Assembly (NCBI GenBank): GCA_020137815.1
Contig: CM035356.1
Location: 1,116,001-1,180,000 of the forward strand
Source: Hormiphora californensis
Lineage: Eukaryota; Animalia; Ctenophora
Length of the DNA stretch: 64,000 nt
Direction of reading: 5' to 3'
Below are positions 31,170 to 45,133 of the stretch, one piece after another. The notes under the pieces are model-generated. The model was not told the DNA's origin. It searched no databases and worked only from the letters and a program-made list of their open reading frames with translations. Position 1 is the first letter of the stretch. Each line of letters begins with the position of its first letter. The position numbers were made by a program, and so were the translations under genes.

Positions 31170-32859
31170 TTGGGGGGGGGGGGGGGGAAAAAAAGGGGAA
31201 AGGGGAAAAGGGGCATGAATCCCTAGAACGCAGCAACGATTCATAATATTCCTATCAAGCAATCTCCGCCTACGTGTTTGCGATGTTCAATGATGAATGT
31301 TCGAGCGCATGATTGGTCCACGAGATTTGCATGACAGAGTACTACTTAATCCAGAATCCCTCCCAGGCAGAGAGGAGCACGGCAATCATAGTTCGCCAAC
31401 TCCGCCATCCCTCTCTGTGCATGTCTTTTACCGCGGGAGACACAATATGACACGCACAGACAGACACACAGATGAACACAATCAACGAACACACGACACT
31501 TCGTATAATATGACAGACGCACATGTTCACTTGTATCACCAGGACACCGCCCAATATTATTAATAGTCAATAGAAGCCCACGTGAAACTGTTCATTGATG
31601 AATAGCGGCATTTATAAACAGTAGAAATGAGAAAGAAGGATAGACAAAGAAAGAGAGTGTGTGAGAGAGAGAAAGTGAGATAGATTCTGATAGACATATA
31701 TGTGTGGTAGTCGAGATAGATTAAGCCCTACTGCAGAAGTGTCTGTTCATTAGTTGATAGTTAATCTCCCTCTCCCTCCCCTCTCCCACTCTCTCTCCCT
31801 CCCCTCTCCCACTCTCGGTCTCAGATCTACCCCTCACCTAGCTTTCTTTCATTCTCTCCTCGTGCGACATTAATATGATGAAGAATCGTCATAGGAGGCA
31901 ACTCCCTCTCCCCTGAGAGAGGACCTCCTCCTACTCGTGCGGCAGTCGTGAGGATCACAAGATGCTTGCTTATGCATAATACATAGTATACTACTAGATC
32001 TGAGAGGATTATTATAGAACTGCCTAAGATACAGACGAACAAACAGAGAAGATACAGCATTATATATGCTAGCTAGTGTAATAGAGTCTTGATTCTATAC
32101 AGTCATGTCAGACGTGTTACTTTAACTATTAGCACTGTCCTCGTTCCCCTCCCTCTCCCTCTCAAGCAGCTCTAGCAATGTTGTAGTTTATCAGAATTTG
32201 TAAGAGAGTGTAAACTAGCTGCAATTCATCATGTTCATTCCCAATATTAAGGCAGACAATCACGTGATCTATTACAATCAATGAACCAACAATATAATAA
32301 ACACTCCTTTCTTTCTCATATCAAGCGATTCTCAGAAAGAAAAGAAATTATAGAGCTACCGATTCTACCGATTGTCAAGTTTTAATCTAGCATATATAGC
32401 TGTTTCTCGACTCCTTAAGGCCAGAGGGGGGGGGGGGGGGGTCGGTGGGTCTAAAAAGTCACTTTCTGGGTTTGGTCCGGACTAAAATGAAATAGTTGGA
32501 ATCGTTTTAGCACGCACCGTTAAGGAGAAAATTTAATAAGCTCGTGTTAATCATGCAGCAAGATGTCAGATTTCAGGGGCATTGTGAGACTATGCTATGA
32601 GGCATTATTATTGCACTTTTTTGGGATTCAACTTTGACCACTTTAAGATGTAGATTTCTTAATTATATAGTTTTATTAAATTGCAAACAAATCTAGTTTT
32701 TTCCCTTTTTTTTCAATTTTCAACTCCATGTACTAGTATTACTGATACAATTTCTCTTGAGTCCAAATTACAAATGCCACCTACAATGCTATCCGAGTGC
32801 TCGCTCACTCTCTCTCCCTATCTCTCCTTCTTTCCCCTATCTCCTCTCTCTCATTCTCT

Positions 32860-32964
<105 letters not shown>

Positions 32965-33177
32965 TGTGCGTCTCTCTCTGACTACATCTCCATCCTTTTA
33001 GGGCCATACAAACAGCAAAGAAAATGAAAAAACAGAAATGCTGATCGCTTGAGACAGTCAACTTGCGTCAGAGCAACGAGAGTGGGGGAGGTTTCAATAG
33101 GGGAGAAGAGAGGGAAGAGCATTATAGAAGAGAAAGGAGCTGAAGAGACAAGAGACGAGGGCTCCACGAAATGAGAA

Positions 33178-33232
<55 letters not shown>

Positions 33233-34179
33233 GAGAGAGAGAGATAGAGAGAGAGAGAGATAGAGCAAATGAAGGAGCATCTTAAGATACTACACAGGTC
33301 ACAGAAGAAGGGGTGCAGTAGTAATGTTCAGTAGCAGCAGTAATATACACAGGCAAGCTGACACAAGTGACAGTACCCTTTATTGATAGTAAAGTGGTTG
33401 GGACAAAATTCAGTCTCGCTCTCTTTCTCTCTCTCGCTCCTTCCCCTCTGTCTTTTGATAAAGAAGGATAAAAATAGAGCGGTTAAGAGAGAAAGGCACC
33501 GTTAGTGATTATCGTGGCGGAAGCAATGGCAGCTGTATCAGACAGGTTATCGCTTCCGCAATTATATTGAATTCTTCTGTAAAATGTTTGTGTGATACAG
33601 TGCAGTGACATCAGTGCGGTCAGGTCTGGTGATGAGGGGGTCCGGGTTTATGTAAAACCCATATTTTTGTTGAATTTAGGGACCCCATAAATAATTTCCC
33701 CCAAAATAGAACTTTTTTTGTTGGGAAATTTCGGACCCTTTTTTTTCTATAAAAACAAATCCCCTTTTTTCCCCCTCGCGGGGAATACCAATTCCGGCCA
33801 GAAGTTTAAGGAATGTGGGCACCTTTTTTTTTTTTTTAAAAAAAAACAAAATTTGTAGGCCCACAATTTTAAAAATGTTGTTCTTTTCCCCGTCGCGGGG
33901 GGGAAGAAAACTGAAGAAAAAACCCCGGGGTTTTAACAAAAACAAATTTTTTGGAAAAAAAAAACATTACTAAAAATTTATTCAAATTAAAACTCAAAAA
34001 AATTCCTCAAAATTTTTAGAAACCAGATGAAAGGGATTTTTTTGAAAGGCCAGAACAAAGAGAGAAAACCCCAAGAAAAAAAAGGGGGCAACACAGCAAA
34101 AGGGGAAAAAAGGGGAAACAAAGAATGATATTGATTTAATTTCACCAAATTTTAACCCCTTTGGTGGTTTTAAAAGTTT

Positions 34180-34218
<39 letters not shown>

Positions 34219-34713
34219 AAAGAAAGGGAAGCATCGGGAAAAACTAATTGCGGGTTAAAGGGGGTGGAATGGAAAAGGAGGGATTAAAAGGGTCAAAAAA
34301 AAGATGAGAGAGTGGGGAAAAAGAGAGGAAAGAGAGGGGAGGAAAGAGGGGAGAAAGAGGGGGGGGAGAGAGGAGGGAGGGGGGGGGGGAAAAAGAGAGG
34401 AGACAGAGGGAATTTATAGGGTAAAGGCGAAAGAAAAGTTGTTTTATGCCTAAAGAAACTTCTAATTCAGCGGTAATAAATTTTTACTCGAATCTCTTTT
34501 TCCCTCTCTCCTCCCTTTCCCCCTTTTGGGCCCAAAAAACCCCCCCCCCCCCGGGGGGGGCCTTCTCCTTTTTTTTTCCCTTCCCCTTTATTTTTTTTCT
34601 CTTATCTCTCTCTCTCTCTCTTTATTTATCTCTCTCTCTCTCTCTCTTCCTTTCTTTCTCTCTCTTTCTCTCTTTTTCTCTTTTTCTCTGTCGCTTTTTC
34701 CATCTTTTCTTAC

Positions 34714-34777
34714 CTGACTTCTTGGTAAAGGGGTCCGACTTTGGGGGAAAGTTTCCATTAATGGCATTAAATCATGG
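34714..34777 (-). CDS. Candidate first coding exon of the B56 gene
   Basis: PKSDPFTKKS followed by G|GTAAG resembles B56 N-terminal DGFSRKS. It lies in an error-rich block and the linking exon was not found. Confidence 0.4.
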
Positions 34778-36042
34778 TTGAAAAAAAAATATCAAATTTA
34801 AAAAAAAGTTTGTCAGAATGTTTAAATTTTTGTTTTAAAGGAAAAAAACTAATGTGGCGGAATACTGCCTGGCAGCGAAAAGGTGACCCCTCCATCCCCC
34901 AAAAAAAAATTTCCCCAAAAAACCCCCCCACTTGCTCACAGGTAATATAGTTTTTTCATACTTTTAGCCCATTTGGATTTTTTGACATCCCATAACTCCC
35001 AAAACCGGGAAAAGAGTAGGAAGCTGAAATTTTGTACTTAGAAGCTTCTTGTAGACCTTATCGAGGGAAAAAAAATTTCAAGTGGCTAGCTCTTTTTTTT
35101 TCAAATTTTAAAACCCACCCCCCCCAAAACAGAAAATTCAGGTGGGGAAACTGGGTGATCACTGCGCTGGAAAGCGCAAAGGTTCCTTCCCCCTCCCCCA
35201 AACAGCAAAGCGCCCCAGAAACGCATTTATACTTTTATGGGTTTTTTGACTAAAAACCCCAGATTTCAAAAGGGTATAAGGCTCCCTTTCATCCTTTTGA
35301 CTTGAAAATTGGGAAATGTACCCGGGGGGGTCAAACTTAAGTTAAAATTTTTCAAGTTCATTAGGGAAACTAAATTTACGACAGGTCCCCATTTGCCCTA
35401 GATTCAGTGTAACACATATGCGCGCGCGCGCTGCGCGCGCGTAGGAGAGACGCTTTTTATAAACCATATTCACGCCAAACGAAAGGAGATAGGAACTTCT
35501 CGTTTTCACAGCTGGTAGATCTACTGAATGTGTGTGCATTAGTCGATGTGAGGTCCCTTTTCATCGCCAGGAACGTCCTACAGAACGTCTTAAAGTCGTC
35601 ATTTTTCAGACTCTGACTAAATTCTTTGAGCTCATTTTACACCCTGAAGACGGATTCTAATCGAAATCGAAGGCTATATCACGGAAAGAGAATTGTCTAA
35701 ACTTTCAGAAACTATATCGCGAATTTTCAAAACTAGACGTATAAGGGTCTTAAAACGCGTCTAAAGTGTTATGACTGTTTAAAATAGATAAGACGATATG
35801 GGTTTTTTCGCCCTAGCGGACTCAAATCTCATCTAATCGATCTCAAACTTGGTCAGTATCTTCATCTAGGTAATCTCGATGGTATTACGTTATCATTATG
35901 ACGTCATAACGACTCGTCGTGACGTCATTTTATGACGTCAAAATGACGTTCAAAAATGAAAATTTTGCAAATTCGCGATTCCATCCTCTCCTTACCTGTT
36001 CTATTACATCTAAATGGATAAAAAATCCCAAAATGATGCAAA

Positions 36043-36248
36043 TTATACCAAAACTAATTGAAATTAGTAGGCCGGAAAGGTTTGCCCATGATTTGAGCTA
36101 CCTTTGGCACCAGTACATTCCCTTTTGAAGATAGAAGAAGCATAGGTTATACCCTGACTGTACCCCGTGAATGTTGCGGTGGCAAAGGTAGCTCAAATCA
36201 TAGGGCAACCTTTCCGGCCTACTAATTTCAATTAGTTTTGGTATAATA
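36043..36248. mobile_element. Hairpin/MITE module with CCAAAACTAATTGAAATTAG arms (~65 bp)
   Basis: Inverted repeat 36043-36110 vs 36178-36248. Confidence 0.75.
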
Positions 36249-36900
36249 CATATATACATACATACATAGATGTATAGACGCTTTGTTACCTTCCGTTTGG
36301 TCCCAGTTTGAGACGAACCAGACATCGTACGACCTTAAACCAAGCGGCATTCGACAGATAATTGTCTCGTGCATGTACCCATCTGGGTGGCGACTCTCCA
36401 CCTTACCTATGACGCGCGCAATGACGTCACGAGTGACGTCATTGCGCGAGACCGACTAACTTTTTTCAAACGCCTCTAGCACACTGAAGACGTGTTCCGA
36501 TTTCTGATTTGACGAAAAATCGTTACCGGCAAATCGTCTGAACTTTCAGATACAATATAGCGAATTTTTGTAGCTTATCATTTTGAGCCCTTAAATTGCG
36601 TCGGAAGTCAAAAATTTGACGAAAAATTCAGCAAATTGAACGTTTTTCGAACAAAAACTCCCTTTCCTGACCACTGTGGTCAATTAAACTTTACAAGCTC
36701 CTTTGGGGTATTGATTAAAAATATATCGTGATGCAATTACGTCGTTACGACGTCACTAATTACGTCAAATGACGTCATTATGACGTCTAAAATACGATTT
36801 TCACAGAAATACGTCTCGTTTTCTCCATATAACGCATCATTTCGACAATATTACATCATGAAATGATGTTCATGCTGCGATCAAAACCAAAAGGGACCTA

Positions 36901-37113
36901 ATTAAGCCAAAAACTAATTGAAATTAGTTGGCGGGAAAGGTGACCCACTTACACCTTTGCCTGCTGCCGGGATCAGGGATATAAATAGAGGTGAATATAA
37001 TGGAATAAGACAGTGAAAGAGAGTGATAGTGAGAGAGAGAGAGAGGAGAGAGAGAGAGAAGAGGAGAGGAGAGAAGAGAGAAGAGAGAGAGAGAGAGGAG
37101 AGAAGAGAGAGAG

Positions 37114-37147
<34 letters not shown>

Positions 37148-37333
37148 GCGAGGGACAGGGAGACAGGGAGGAGAGAGAGGCATAGAACGAACAGGAATAA
37201 GTTACCCTCGAAAAATAAGAGATTGAGATACCGAGGGATAGAATGAGAGTTCGTGGTGATACCCGGCAGTAGCAAAAGGTGTAAGTGGGTCACCTTTCCC
37301 GCCAACTAATTTCAATTAGTTTTTGGCTTAATA
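36901..37333. mobile_element. Related MITE module with ~70-bp arms enclosing an (AG)-rich tract, TTAA flanks
   Basis: TTAAGCCAAAAACTAATTGAAATTAGTTGGCGGGAAAGGTGACCCACTTACACC and its reverse complement. Confidence 0.8.
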
Positions 37334-37513
37334 ATGATAAAAGTATTACATGCTAAAGAGACGGAGAATATAATTATTACACAGACAAGGACAGTAGGGC
37401 CACCTATTCCACAGAGGTGGTGGCGAAATGATGTTAATTTTTGAGGTGACATGAATGTGGTAAAGCAGCACACATCATGGGCCACAACATGAAGGGGACA
37501 GAGAGAAAATTAG

Positions 37514-40500
37514 GAGGGATGGGGCCGGGAATGAGAGACGGCCTGAAGGCTGAATTAGAGAAATGGGATGGATAAAGAATGGTTAGCTCGTAAGGAATAT
37601 AAATATGGTTAGGAAGGCCAAATGTCCGATGAATGTGGCAGTGATGTAATGAAAGTCACTTAGTCACATACCCCACAATGAAACGTGTTCCCCCAGTCTG
37701 GTATCTCTAATTTAAAACCTGTAGCCTTGTTGGAACAACAGAATAGGACGAAACATGTCGTAAGAGTAGTGTGGTTGAGTCGTTGTGGTTTTAGAACCCA
37801 ATGACAACTGACAAGATACCCTAATTCGATTTTTCATAATTTTTTTGTCGCAAAGCTGATCGGCACCGATGGAGTATGCATGATGATTGATATTTGATGG
37901 TATTATATCCCCGGACTAAATTCGATATCAGATTAAGTTGGGGTTCTGAGAAGGATACAATTCTCTTTACTTCCACGACAACCTGTCCGGGATCACGGAA
38001 TACTGATAAATACTGTTTCTGTAGTATTTCGGCCTTTTCCCAGGATCCTCTGCCAGAGTCCCATCTGCCCCATGTCTAAGAAAATTTAGGGTTGCACTGA
38101 GATGAAATTATCTTGTTTTGTTCAAATCTTTTTCATTTTTCGCCGGGCACGGTGAGACAAGTTCCACTGTTTTATAGTGAACCATAATAAATTTCAAGAG
38201 CCTCCAAGAGTGAACCAGCTCCAAGAGCACCCCATCCAGACGAGACCACACGCAAGGGATACTACGTGCAGAAGAGGTCGCACACGCAAATACAACGCCA
38301 CGGAAATCTTCTGCGTGTGGTATCTTCTGGATGGGGAGCTCTCTTGGATATGGTCTCTTCTGGATGTGGTTCGCTCTTGGATATGGTCTCTTTCGGATGT
38401 GGTTCGCTCTTGGAGGCTCTTGAACTTTATTATTAAACAGGTATCTCTTCGACAGGATTGTCATTTGAGTTTCTCTGCTCCCCAGCACGACTTTCACAGG
38501 TCTTGCTGCTTGCAGATGAGCCATGAGGACTGCTTTCCACAGTCCCCGACGGATTTAATTTTCAGAGCCTCTTCAAGCTCACTAAAGAGATACTTTAATT
38601 GAGTTTCAAGCTCATTACTAGACACGGTTGACATTGTCTTAAGTCTTTAACTCTTGCAAGCCATGGGTGATAATGTTACACGGTGTAACTTACACCCGCG
38701 GTTATCAGCAGCCACAATTAGTGTATGTGTAATATTTAATTCCATTCAATAGTTACTTTTGATACCCCACACATTTACTCACATTAATTACAGATGCAAA
38801 AATTTCATCTTCTCTGTTCTCGAGTAACTGCCTCTGAATTTTCAGGAGCTCATCGTGGCTTGCGCAGCAGGCAGCTAACATCTCTTTTCCCGGCAAGAAA
38901 ATATCTTGTTATCTTGTTGTCTTGTTATCGTCTTCGTGTACAAGTTACACAGGTGTCAGTTCCTCACAGAGCCTACCCCTCCCTGGAAACTATCCGTATC
39001 CAGTCCAAGATTGAATTGTTGTTTTGTTTAATAATAATAATAATAATAATATAGAGTATTTATATCCCGCTATTATGCGTTAAATATGATAGTCCACTAC
39101 CCGTTTATTCTTGAACTAAAAGACTAACTCCTAGACTAACTCCTAGAACACCGAGATTATCGTAAAGTTTTGGGTATCCGGAGGGATGGGGCCGGGATGG
39201 GGCCGGGAATGAGAGACGGCCTGAAGGCTGAATTAGAGAAATGGGATGGATAAAGAATGGTTAGCTCGTAAGGAATATAAATATGGTTAGGAAGGCCAAA
39301 TGTCCGATGAATGTGGCAGTGATGTAATGAAAGTCACTTAGTCACATACCCCACAATGAAACGTGTTCCCCCAGTCTGGTATCTCTAATTTAAAACCTGT
39401 AGCCTTGTTGGAACAACAGAATAGGACGAAACATGTCGTAAGAGTAGTGTGGTTGAGTCGTTGTGGTTTTAGAACCCAATGACAACTGACAAGATACCCT
39501 AATTCGATTTTTCATAATTTTTTTGTCGCAAAGCTGATCGGCACCGATGGAGTATGCATGATGATTGATATTTGATGGTATTATATCCCCGGACTAAATT
39601 CGATATCAGATTAAGTTGGGGTTCTGAGAAGGATACAATTCTCTTTACTTCCACGACAACCTGTCCGGGATCACGGAATACTGATAAATACTGTTTCTGT
39701 AGTATTTCGGCCTTTTCCCAGGATCCTCTGCCAGAGTCCCATCTGCCCCATGTCTAAGAAAATTTAGGGTTGCACTGAGATGAAATTATCTTGTTTTGTT
39801 CAAATCTTTTTCATTTTTCGCCGGGCACGGTGAGACAAGTTCCACTGTTTTATAGTGAACCATAATAAATTTCAAGAGCCTCCAAGAGTGAACCAGCTCC
39901 AAGAGCACCCCATCCAGACGAGACCACACGCAAGGGATACTACGTGCAGAAGAGGTCGCACACGCAAATACAACGCCACGGAAATCTTCTGCGTGTGGTA
40001 TCTTCTGGATGGGGAGCTCTCTTGGATATGGTCTCTTCTGGATGTGGTTCGCTCTTGGATATGGTCTCTTTCGGATGTGGTTCGCTCTTGGAGGCTCTTG
40101 AACTTTATTATTAAACAGGTATCTCTTCGACAGGATTGTCATTTGAGTTTCTCTGCTCCCCAGCACGACTTTCACAGGTCTTGCTGCTTGCAGATGAGCC
40201 ATGAGGACTGCTTTCCACAGTCCCCGACGGATTTAATTTTCAGAGCCTCTTCAAGCTCACTAAAGAGATACTTTAATTGAGTTTCAAGCTCATTACTAGA
40301 CACGGTTGACATTGTCTTAAGTCTTTAACTCTTGCAAGCCATGGGTGATAATGTTACACGGTGTAACTTACACCCGCGGTTATCAGCAGCCACAATTAGT
40401 GTATGTGTAATATTTAATTCCATTCAATAGTTACTTTTGATACCCCACACATTTACTCACATTAATTACAGATGCAAAAATTTCATCTTCTCTGTTCTCG

Positions 40501-40858
40501 AGTAACTGCCTCTGAATTTTCAGGAGCTCATCGTGGCTTGCGCAGCAGGCAGCTAACATCTCTTTTCCCGGCAAGAAAATATCTTGTTATCTTGTTGTCT
40601 TGTTATCGTCTTCGTGTACAAGTTACACAGGTGTCAGTTCCTCACAGAGCCTACCCCTCCCTGGAAACTATCCGTATCCAGTCCAAGATTGAATTGTTGT
40701 TTTGTTTAATAATAATAATAATAATAATATAGAGTATTTATATCCCGCTATTATGCGTTAAATATGATAGTCCACTACCCGTTTATTCTTGAACTAAAAG
40801 ACTAACTCCTAGACTAACTCCTAGAACACCGAGATTATCGTAAAGTTTTGGGTATCCG
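37514..40858. repeat. Near-perfect 1678-bp tandem duplication of degenerate CR1/L2 LINE material
   Basis: The ORF track repeats at offset 1678. The minus strand has RPVKVVLGS (ORF1-like) and EKAEILQKQYLSVF (ORF2-like). Confidence 0.9.
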
Positions 40859-41050
40859 AGTACCGGTGGGCGATCCGGGATCCTCGACATCCATTTCCCC
40901 AGAAGTACCTTGAACGACAGTAGGTTTTCCGCTAGGTTCACCTCACTGGGTAGTGTGTTCCATAGTCGAGTCGCTCTACAGATGAACGAGTTGTGGTACT
41001 TCGTTGCGACTGACTTTTGAGTGACTGTGGGACAGGTTGGGATCTCCGCT
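40708..41050 (-). mobile_element. 3' end of a CR1/L2 LINE (ORF2 C-terminus, 3'UTR, (ATT)n tail)
   Basis: KYHNSFICRATRLWNTLPSEVNLAENLLSFKVLLGKWMSRIPDRPPVLGY, followed by an (ATT)7 tail. Confidence 0.8.
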
Positions 41051-42536
41051 TTTTTCCCGCAAGAAGCTAAACCTTAAAATTGTAAACCTTGTAATCAGGG
41101 GTGGAGCCTAGCTGTGCCCTGGCCCATGCTACGCCGTACGCGAAAGAGGTCTGACTCAGCCCTCAGGGCTGTTTTTTAAATCTGACCTTTAAAAATTCTG
41201 CACTCGGGTCGATCTGATCCCAAGAAAATGCTGCGCGTTGCGCGTTTTTGTAACGCGCAAATCCAAAAACTGCGCCGCGCCCCCTAATTTCTCCTCTATC
41301 GGCGAAATAAAATTAAAATGTTAAAATCTGAGTGTTTTCAGTTTTGAACTTTTGAGGGCCAGCGCCCAGCGGGCAGTTGGAATGCGCTGCAGCCCCCTCA
41401 TGCGCGCACCCCCGCAACGAGGGGACTGGAGGGAATGCCGCGCGCGCGTTTGGCCAGATCTGGCCAGAGTCGAAAATAACTTTGCGGTCGAAAAAACGGC
41501 GGTGCTTATAACTTTGGCCCCTGAAGTCCGTTTGACTTGATTCTTTCACCAGTTGTTAGATCTGACAATTATCTACCTTGCTGTTTTTGAGAGAAGTTAA
41601 TTGGACTTGAGGAGGCTGAGCAATAACCGTTCAAAGATTGGTTGTTTTCAAAAAGTGACGTCACAGGTCCCTGCAGGGACACTTTTGTTTCAAATTTGAA
41701 TTAAAATCTCGAATTTTTTATTTTACCGCACTCGATTTTGCGGAGTTTGGTTCATATCTCCTGTTCCTGATAAAATAGAGACCTGAAACCGGTTGCATTT
41801 GAAAGCTGTTATCTTCCTCTTTCCAACGCTACCAAAACGATTTCTGTACCTTATCTGGAACCGGAGATATGATTGATTATGTATTCCCCCCCAGCGCGGT
41901 ATTCCCTCCAGGCCCCTTATATTATATTATAAGGGGCCTGCAACGTATGCCAAAGCGGGCAGCGTGGGTGTTTCGTGAGTGCTGACAAACGGTTTTTTAG
42001 GGTTAGGGCTGAGGTTTGGGTTGGGACTTGAGGTTTCCTATCAGAGAAACTTTGAATTAGCTAAAACGATTGAGTGGTTTGGTGGTAAGAGCCATTTTAG
42101 TACAGGGTACTTTTTGGCAGCAACCATCTGTAGGCTTTCTGGCTTTAAACAGGCCTGTAAACAGTAAACACCCAGATCGTAACGGTGCCCTGGCGTTAGG
42201 GCAAACGTTTAGATCTACTAGATCTAGGTGTTTTGAGTGTCAGCACTCTTGAAACTTGAAACTCATCACTTCAAAACTCAAACAAATATGTGGTAGATTT
42301 CAAGAATAATTCTAAGAATCGGGATCAAATGAATGCAACTAGTGGTCTGGTATCTGGATATCTGACAGCGTTAGGGGCGGTGAGCGGCTGGCAGGGTCGG
42401 GGGCGGTGCCCCAGCAGGGGGGGGGGGTGCGCTGTCACAGCCAGGTTTAGATTCGGAAAATTTTAACCTAGAATAGGCCAGACGGCAGTTTCCAAATGTA
42501 GTGTAACATGCACTTGGTCGCTCTGTTACAAACTAA

Positions 42537-42764
42537 GGGACCAGTTACAGATTGAGACCCTGATATCAGGGCATGCGTTCCAGGGGATCAGCCCGCTGCT
42601 GACACTGTGCGTCACACAACTTTCCATTCAGTTTACATGGAAATCTGTGTCACGCAATCACAGATATGACGCCCAGCATGGTTCACACAGACCCCCCCCC
42701 ATCTGATCTAAAACGAATGCCCGGGTATCAGCTGATATCAGGGTCCAAAACTGCAACTGGACCG
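42537..42764. mobile_element. PIF/Harbinger (Tourist-like) MITE
   Basis: TAA|GGGACCAGTTACAG...CTGCAACTGGACCG|TAA; a related fragment lies at ~46495-46600. Confidence 0.65.
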
Positions 42765-43045
42765 TAAGTTTACAAGTTTACCAAAATATACCACGTTCTC
42801 AGCATGTAGCTTCTACGTACAATGATGTGAATGATGCAGTTACCCAACTTCGTTTCCGTCGATTCATAAAACTCTATCCTATAACACAGAAAAACTGAAA
42901 TTTATTTTGTTTCAAACCAAGTAGATTTATTTACTTAAATTCAATTTTAAACATTTTAGAATAATTCGCTTCACTCGGCAAAATAGGGTCACACCACTAA
43001 CTACACTCCATGTAATTTACCACTCCCCCGTTCGGCCACTTCCAC

Positions 43046-44297
43046 CTAGCAGTTAAGCCACATTGCATTATCGTTGCCAGGGTTATAATCATCAGATGCC
43101 AACTTGTAGTAGCAGGTAGAGAGCTTCTGGTATCGTCCTGGGCACCAGAAGTACGAGAGAACAAACTCCATCTCATTTTCCTCGATGAATCCATCTGACA
43201 CCTTGGTACCGGCCTTGTCACTGATCTGGCCAGTCCTTCGGTAGCTAGGGGTACCTGTTGGTGTTTCCAATCATGTAGCACATGGATGACCGGGTGTAGG
43301 AGCTAGTAGTGTAGGGGGCAAATCCAGTCTTCTCCTCGCCTGTTCTGGTATTCCTCAGTGTCACTAGGACAGTTCCATAGTCGTTACCAGTCTCCAGTTC
43401 GCTGCCAGTGTAGTTCCCGGCCTCGTTATAACCCAGAGTCAGGTTAGCCAGCTCCCAGGATTCTTCATTGGTACAGGATAGCCAGAGGGCATCGTCAGCA
43501 TCACACTCCCCACTGGCCATGGCAGCAGAACAATCCTCGAGATCTGTAGAGTTGGAGGGACAGTCGAGATCATCAGCAATCACAGAGATATCCCGGTCTC
43601 GCATTGTGTCACAACTTAGCTTGTTACTGCTACCAACATATTTGGTGGCGTTGTAACCCACCAGATACTCGTATCCAGCCTCGTTACATAGGACCTCAGC
43701 AGTTTTCTGGTCAACTCCCTTTGCACAAACCAGACCACTGCTCTGGGTTCCGTTAAGTACGACAGTACCATTGGATGAGAGGACACCATTACCTTTCACC
43801 ATTTGAACATCCATGTTGTCCAGTTCCACTCCCCGTGCTTCTGTTCTACACTTGAGCACCACTCCCTCACCCCAGCTGCAGTCGTGATATCCAACAGTGT
43901 TGTGAGTACAATCTTCCAGTTGCTGGGAGTCAGTAGGGCATCTTAGACTGTCCAAAGCAAAGGCTCCGTTGTATCTTTGGTACCAAACACTGCTGGAGAT
44001 CCTATTGCCGTAAGAGTTCCAGTTGTTCCCCCAGTATTCCAGGCCGTGCTCGAATCCAGCTGCTCTGCAGAGAAAATCCGCTGTGATTTCATTCACATAA
44101 TCGTCACATACCATCCCCGTCACTCTTCCACTGGTTCCTTGGACAGACACAATCACAGTACCCCAGGAGTTCCCCCCGACCTCAGTTGAGTTGTCCACGG
44201 TACGGACCAGCTTGGCCCATCTGATGTAATCCGCGTGGACAGGACCACTTCCGATGAGAAGGAGTGCTGCAGCAGTAGTCAGTAGTTGAGTAAACAT
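43046..44297 (-). CDS. Intronless secreted protein with three SRCR (scavenger receptor Cys-rich)-like domains; one frameshift near 43250
   Basis: Signal peptide MFTQLLTTAAALLLIGSGPVHA; G-x-VCDD..ADFLCRAAGF..FALDSLRCP..LEDC..HDCSWGEGVVLKC. The third domain is completed in the 43046-43270 frame (FWCP..AMWLNC*). TATA-like TATAAAA about 45 nt upstream of ATG. Confidence 0.85.
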
Positions 44298-44869
44298 AGC
44301 GTCAATAGTTCTGGTGTTTTGAACTAACTTCGCCTGCCTTTTATAATTCTACCAGCCCATTATCACGCTCCTCCTTTGTTTGACGGCAATGGGAATTAGC
44401 TCTTTATACTTTTTCACTAGATAAAGGTCCTTTTATCCCGCTAGCTGCACTCTCAGACAAAGTTGTGTTTGCCTGCGTGAAAAGATATAATGAGCTAATT
44501 CTCACCGCCGTCAAACAAAAAAGCTAGAGCACTAATAAAACAAAAGACGGTGAGCTATGATACCAACAGGCCCTATCTTTTTCATTTCGCTCTTCTATTT
44601 AGTGGTCATTGGTCAAGTTCAAAACACCCCCACTATTGTACACAGTAAAGGAGTCTTGTTCGGACTATCTTGCGTGACGAAAAAAAGTACGTGATATTAA
44701 TTTTGTACTCTTCATCCGGCATCCCGGGAAGGGTAATTTAGATTGAGCTACCATCATAACTAAGGTCATCACTTAGGTCAAACTGGTACTAAAAAGTATG
44801 TTTCATTAATTTAAATTGTTCAGTAATAATAATAATAATCGTACTATTTTAGTAGTGAGGGCTAGAAAT

Positions 44870-45091
44870 ATGAGCGGCGAAATTGCAGCAAGTAGCCCTC
44901 CATCATCTTTGAAAAGAAGACTATCTGTTGATACAATCCGAGAGGTAGTGACAGAAAAAGGTGAAAAGGAAAGAAAACTCTCTCTTAGCTCCCTTGATGA
45001 GGTATAATTATACAGTCGTATCATAGCATTATATGTCAACTATACTAGCAAAACAAAGATTCACTTTCTACTTTCTCTTTATCACCAAGCC

Positions 45092-45133
<42 letters not shown>

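Noticed and set aside
30219-31262. Long Pro/Gly-rich ORFs and a G-quadruplex-like purine tract
   Set aside because: Homopolymer-inflated low-complexity sequence typical of a low-quality long-read segment; no credible protein.
33650-35340. F/K/G/P-rich ORFs
   Set aside because: Same homopolymer-expansion noise; only the DPFTKKS exon is tentatively interpretable.
35641-35672. CTGAAGA...GAAA hammerhead-like core
   Set aside because: No stem III or NUH cleavage triplet; the counterpart at 36481 does not keep the motif.
41909-41940. Perfect hairpin CAGGCCCCTTATA...TATAAGGGGCCTG as a terminator
   Set aside because: Eukaryotic repeat context; more likely a transposon terminal hairpin.
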